From Laetmonice hystrix (lineage: Eukaryota), in contig OZ249445.1 in the NCBI GenBank assembly GCA_965235115.1, positions 2,976,001 through 3,040,000 of the forward strand: DNA of 64,000 nucleotides. Reading direction: 5' to 3'. Shown piece by piece: positions 59,400-64,000 of this stretch. Every line of letters starts with the position of its first letter. The first letter of the stretch is position 1. The notes beneath the pieces are model-generated. The model was not told the origin of the DNA. It did not search any database and was given only the letters and a program-made list of their open reading frames with translations. The position numbers and the translations under genes were made by a program.

Positions 59400-60650
59400 G
59401 CGTCAAGTTCAAATGTGTGCTATTGTACTTCAGTGGGGGGTTCAAGTGGTCAAGCCTTGGCGCCGACTCTCGCCTTCATCTATTATACACGGTGTACGCA
59501 TTAATAATTTGTTGTCGCCGTTTCCACGCACGCACACGCGGTTGCAGCCTCCCGCCAACGCCAACGCCGGAACCCCGCTCTCTGACATTTCTACCCGCCC
59601 AGTGCAGAGACGCGGTTCCTGCGTCCGGGGCCGCATAGGCCACAACCAATTAAAAACATTTCCACCACATTCTTGCTGCATAAAATATTTCACACAAATA
59701 AAATCGGACGCATTTTTAAGGTTCATTCATAAAATGCGTTATACATCTGAAACTAGGCTGTCGGCAATGTTTATTATTAAAATGTTCCTAAGCGGCCCCA
59801 TGAACCACTGTGACCTCAACATGGCGTCCATTGCAGTCCACCGTGAATTTGCAGCATGTGTTAGTGGACCTAACGTGATAGTTTATCGTCTAGGGTGAGT
59901 ATTATTAGCTGACATCTCCTCATTTGGGGAGAACACATCTTTATCTGTTATAATGTTCTCAATGGAGGCGTCGTTTGTTGAAAATTAACGTCGTTCCGGG
60001 TGTTTACATCAGATTGTGAGAAGCACGTGGTGTTGCCGCCATGCCTCCCCTGTGTAAGACAACATTGATCCTTGCACCCAGATCGATAGGTTTTATCAAT
60101 GGGACATAGCGCGGAGGTTCCACCCAGATCTGTGTAAACGTTCGACCATAACAGTGCGAATTTACCTACTTTTACCTGACCGGGGAGGCGTGTTAACGAA
60201 CCGGGAACCCGAGCCGGTGGCGGGCAGGACGCGGAGTATGGGAGTGTCACGGTCTCTGGTTCTACCGGCTGGTGTAGCTCGGATACGGCCGCGGCTGTTG
60301 GACCCTCTGAGGAGCTAGAGCCCAAACACCTGCATGTAGCGACTGACAAACGCCTGTCCTTTATATTGTTACCTTATTGAAGGCCCATAGTGTTTTGCCG
60401 TGACGTCTTCAACTTCCAAGGAAAGCGCTCGCATTAACCTTGCGAGACGCTGCATGGTGAGTTGAACCTTGGACCACGTGTTCGGTGTTTTGTTTTGGAG
60501 GTCAACACGTGGGCTAGCGGCACCTACCGCAGTGGCACACATGGGCCGGTCCGATGAGGGCTGATCCATACATCCTTTACATACGCCTGGTGTCGAGGCT
60601 CGCCGTGGGGGGCATGCACACATATGTCACAAGTCCATGACAGCGTGTTA
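59400..60650. promoter_or_regulatory. CpG-rich island, probable promoter region (possibly bidirectional)
   Basis: Visibly CpG-dense compared with the AT-rich, CpG-poor DNA at 60700-62800. YY1-like AACATGGCG (59818-59826) and GCCGCCATG (60035-60043). Consensus plus-strand donor ATG|GTGAGT at 60456/60457. Confidence 0.55.
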
Positions 60651-63600
60651 AAGTGCCCTGACCATGATTATTTTAATCATACACTCGCTCATTTGACTCA
60701 GTATTGTGGCTTATTCTAAACGATATTTTGAAGCATATCTTTGGTAATCTGTTTTTGCAGTAGTTGGGTCTTTTACTGAAGTTTAAGGAAAATATCATTA
60801 GGCCTATAGGCATACACATAGGCCTATGTTAGAGAAGCAGCCAGGTTCAGTGAAAGCTGGCTTGTCAAACTTAGATGAAATTAAAAAAGTAGGCCTATAG
60901 TCCTTCAAGGGCATATGGTAGACCTTTATATATATGTAAGCTTATAGAGTCTACAGACCTAGTTGTGATTATCTGATCATGTGATTCCAATCTGCTAATA
61001 CAAAATGTAGTTATGATATCATGTTAGGCTACTGTTAAAAGGAAGGTAAACCATAATGTGAAGAAAGTACCAGTATAAAAAATCTTTCTACTTCTAACAT
61101 CACCATCTGGTTGTTAGCCACCATATCAGAGATCAAATATTCTTCATATAAGACTAAATTAGATACAAATATCATTGTACTGGGACATGGTGATCAAAAC
61201 ATCAAAACAAACCAGAGAAAAAGACTATCATCTTTTTCTATTAAATGAAAAATATCATAATTTGCCCGCAAATCTCACAAGGAAATATGCTCAAAGTGAA
61301 TTAATTAGTGATATCGTACAAATGTGTTTTAAGAATACCAATTTGGGTTATTTTTAGGTTTACTTTCACTTTCATGACTAGAGAGCCCCAAATTCCCAAG
61401 TGAAACAGATCAACTTGTTTCTAGATAACAATCCTACCTTTTAGCTCAAGATATGTTGCCAAAATTTTTTGCTTCACACCAAAATATAAAGAGATGACTG
61501 TCCTTAATGTATGTACCCTCAGTGTATGGCTTAATTAAACAGAAAAATAAAGTGAAAAAGTATCAATTTTATTATTGGAAAAAGTATTTTTAAAAACGTA
61601 TTTAATACAGATTTAATGGGAAGACATGTGTAAAGAAAAGGAAGTGAAAGATTGTTCACCTAAAGTGCAAAAGTTATGATGAAGCAGTTACATTATGGCT
61701 GGCCTTAGAGCTAGAATCCATCATGTAGTCAGCCTTACAAGTGGCCGAGATGTTAATCGTAAGGTGAGTGGTTTTAATAATAAATTTGGCGGGATATTAT
61801 ATTATTTGTACATGTATTATCATGTTTCACAATAAACAGTCACTCAGAACTCTTAGCTGTATAAGTACATGTAGTACCAAATATGGAAGGGCAGACCTAT
61901 TTTGACACAACTCCAATACAGGATCTACCTATTTTATGGTCAATTATTTTATTGCTTCCTTTATAAACAGATATCAGATATAGCTGTCGTGATAATAAGA
62001 GTGTAGCGTAAGTCGAGCTGCAACCTGTTGTGTTCATCTTTATCTTATACGTTCTGCATTCCCTCAACTGCGACAGGTACATTGTTTTTATAGGCATGTG
62101 GTATAGACAAACACGAGTGAGGTTATTTATGGAATAACATGGCTAATGTTTCAGAAAGCATAGTATATTATAGAAAGTGCTTAAATCAATGAACGACAAC
62201 TATACCACTGTGGAGTATGACACATTATAAAGAAAACAATATGCAGTGAGGATTCTTGAGAAACTCCCAGTACGTGCTGAATTAAATTCAGAATGCTAGC
62301 TTCAGAGTATTTCACTACTCTTCTACATTAGAAAAAGGAAATCATAGTCTCGAAACAAAAAAACTAAAACAATTATTGATTTGAGTTAGACGTTTCCATT
62401 GCATGCCAAACGCCGGTCTTTTACCGTGTATGTGTGTGTAAACGAGTGTTTTGGTTGTTCTAGGCAAGTGATTTATAGATCTCTGTCTAGGTCAGTAGAT
62501 CAAATCAATTGTGCAATAGCATTGATCCCCCGCTACTTGTAGACCAAGCACCCACTCAGCCACCCCCTTGACGTGCAAGTGACTAGATGTGCCAAGATTT
62601 CCTACGATCGATGAGAGTAAAGGTACTCCTGACATGCTAATGTGCAGTATTTGTACGCAAGTAATTAATTAGGTGACAACCAAGCTGGGAAGCGTAAATG
62701 ATCATTAGCGTTCTGATAGGAAGTTTGCTATGCTATGCTTTTATGTAGAGAAATTAAGCTAAATAAGTAAAACACTTTAAAATTGGAATGCAGATCTGAA
62801 TTTTGATGGGTGATGAATAGTGAAGACCCTGACGCAATATTGTGTCATTCACCAAATGATTGTTGGTGCCAAGATGGCAGGGACGATATTAGACTGCCCG
62901 AGGCACTGGAAAAGTTTGCCTGTCTTCACCGGGTTTCGCTTGACCCAGATTGGACAAACCAAATCTTGGCGGACTAAATGAAATCTCGGCATCGTCAGAA
63001 GCTGACCTGTCGGCCGAGAGGGCAGGGCCGAGGCCGGGCCAGGGCTGGCACAGGGCATATCTCCGTGGACCTGACATTGTAGAAGGGTCTCGTGGGAATG
63101 TGCAGTGACAACTGGGGCTGGGACACAGATGGCGGGAAGCTCTCCGACTGCTACTGCTTCAGTAACCAGTGTAACGAGGGCCACACTCAAACTGTACTCA
63201 CAATAACTGCCAAAAATATACACGGTCCGGGAAGGGACATTTACTGACTCATATTGTAGAACGGTAGGAGGATGCAGGGGGAGAGTGCAAGTTGAACTTG
63301 TATTGATTAAAATGATATGGTTTAGAAATCTAATTAGATGAGGGCAGATGCTCAGGAGGGGAATAAGTAGATCACCTAGTGATGGCACGGTACCTCCCCC
63401 AGCAAGGAGGTGACGGGAATCTAAAAGAAAGGGGTTGAAAGATCGTTAAGGTCTCAGTACATGACTTAGAACATGATCTATAGATCTGTACGATACCAGG
63501 GCAGACAGGGGTACAAGATTCCTAGTCGGTGTACACCTTGTAAGACAGGGTTTGAAGTGTCTTTATGAATGAAGTTTATTAAAATAGATTTACTATTAGA

Positions 63601-63822
63601 AATTGGCAACAGTACGGTAAGACATTACCATGACGGTAAGAGAAATTGTGTCGTGAGAATGGGCAGTGACCCAGATAAGCTCTGGTAATTACTGTAAGGA
63701 AGGGATGCTAAGTTCACAGTGAAGAAGCCAACACAATATAACATCTAATTTATTGCCAAATTGGGCATGGCCAATAAATGGGACGGCTGGGTACTGACCG
63801 GATAAATGGTCCCTTCCCGCAG

Positions 63823-64000
63823 GTCGGAGCTGAAGCAAGTGTGCCGAGCCGAGAGGTTGACCCCGGCAGCCGTGAAGGGCGACCACAAGGTCACGGACAG
63901 CAAGGATGGAGAGTCGGATCAACAACAACAACAAAGGTTTGTCACCTACGTCTTCTCACCCACCACCAGAAAAACTAACACGGGGGGAAATTTCGATGTC
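63823..64000 (+). CDS. Probable exon of an unidentified plus-strand neighbouring gene (frame uncertain, runs off the window)
   Basis: Branch-like TACTGAC (63792-63798) followed by TCCCTTCCCGCAG| acceptor (AG at 63821-63822). Two frames are open to the window end: SELKQVCRAERLTPAAVKGDHKVTDSKDGESDQQQQQRFVTYVF..., and MESRINNNNKGLSPTSSHPPPEK... from a strong-context ATG at 63906. Not recognised. Confidence 0.4.

Noticed and set aside
60035-60059. Perfect Kozak GCCGCCATG followed by a GTAAGA donor-like site
   Set aside because: The unspliced ORF is only 22 aa, and splicing to the 63823 exon gives an immediate stop; it is equally explained as a reverse YY1 motif.
63083-63247. Plus frame KGLVGMCSDNWGWDTDGGKLSDCYCFSNQCNEG..., resembling the CxC...CN end of a three-finger/Ly6 domain
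   Set aside because: Too few cysteines, weak acceptor, and no hydrophobic GPI-type tail; cannot be supported without expression data.

Overview
Eukaryotic genomic DNA from a bilaterian invertebrate; the taxon is inferred, not determined. The main gene is a minus-strand ONECUT/HNF6-class homeobox gene. Its large coding exon (57474-56403; TP-box and complete CUT domain) ends at a phase-1 GT donor. I could not find the homeodomain exon, so positions 1-56402 appear to be one intron longer than 56 kb. That intron contains: (i) a young, structurally complete Ngaro-type tyrosine-recombinase retrotransposon (4551-8484, split direct repeats A1-B1-A2-B2) with intact gag and YR but no reverse transcriptase; (ii) two unrelated CAGGG-ended MITEs, each with a 6-bp TSD; (iii) six minisatellite arrays, three with higher-order structure; (iv) four CAG/CTG tracts; (v) motif clusters (RFX X-boxes, ONECUT-core ATCAAT sites). 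Upstream of the start codon are a chain of stop/start-coupled uORFs, a CpG-rich island flanked by two TAGGCCTA clusters, and a probable plus-strand exon of a neighbouring gene at the window end. No prokaryotic systems, CRISPR arrays, rRNA or tRNA genes were seen. The most interesting items are the RT-less Ngaro element (7-bp recombination core, G4-type spacer) and the uORF relay; both need external checks.
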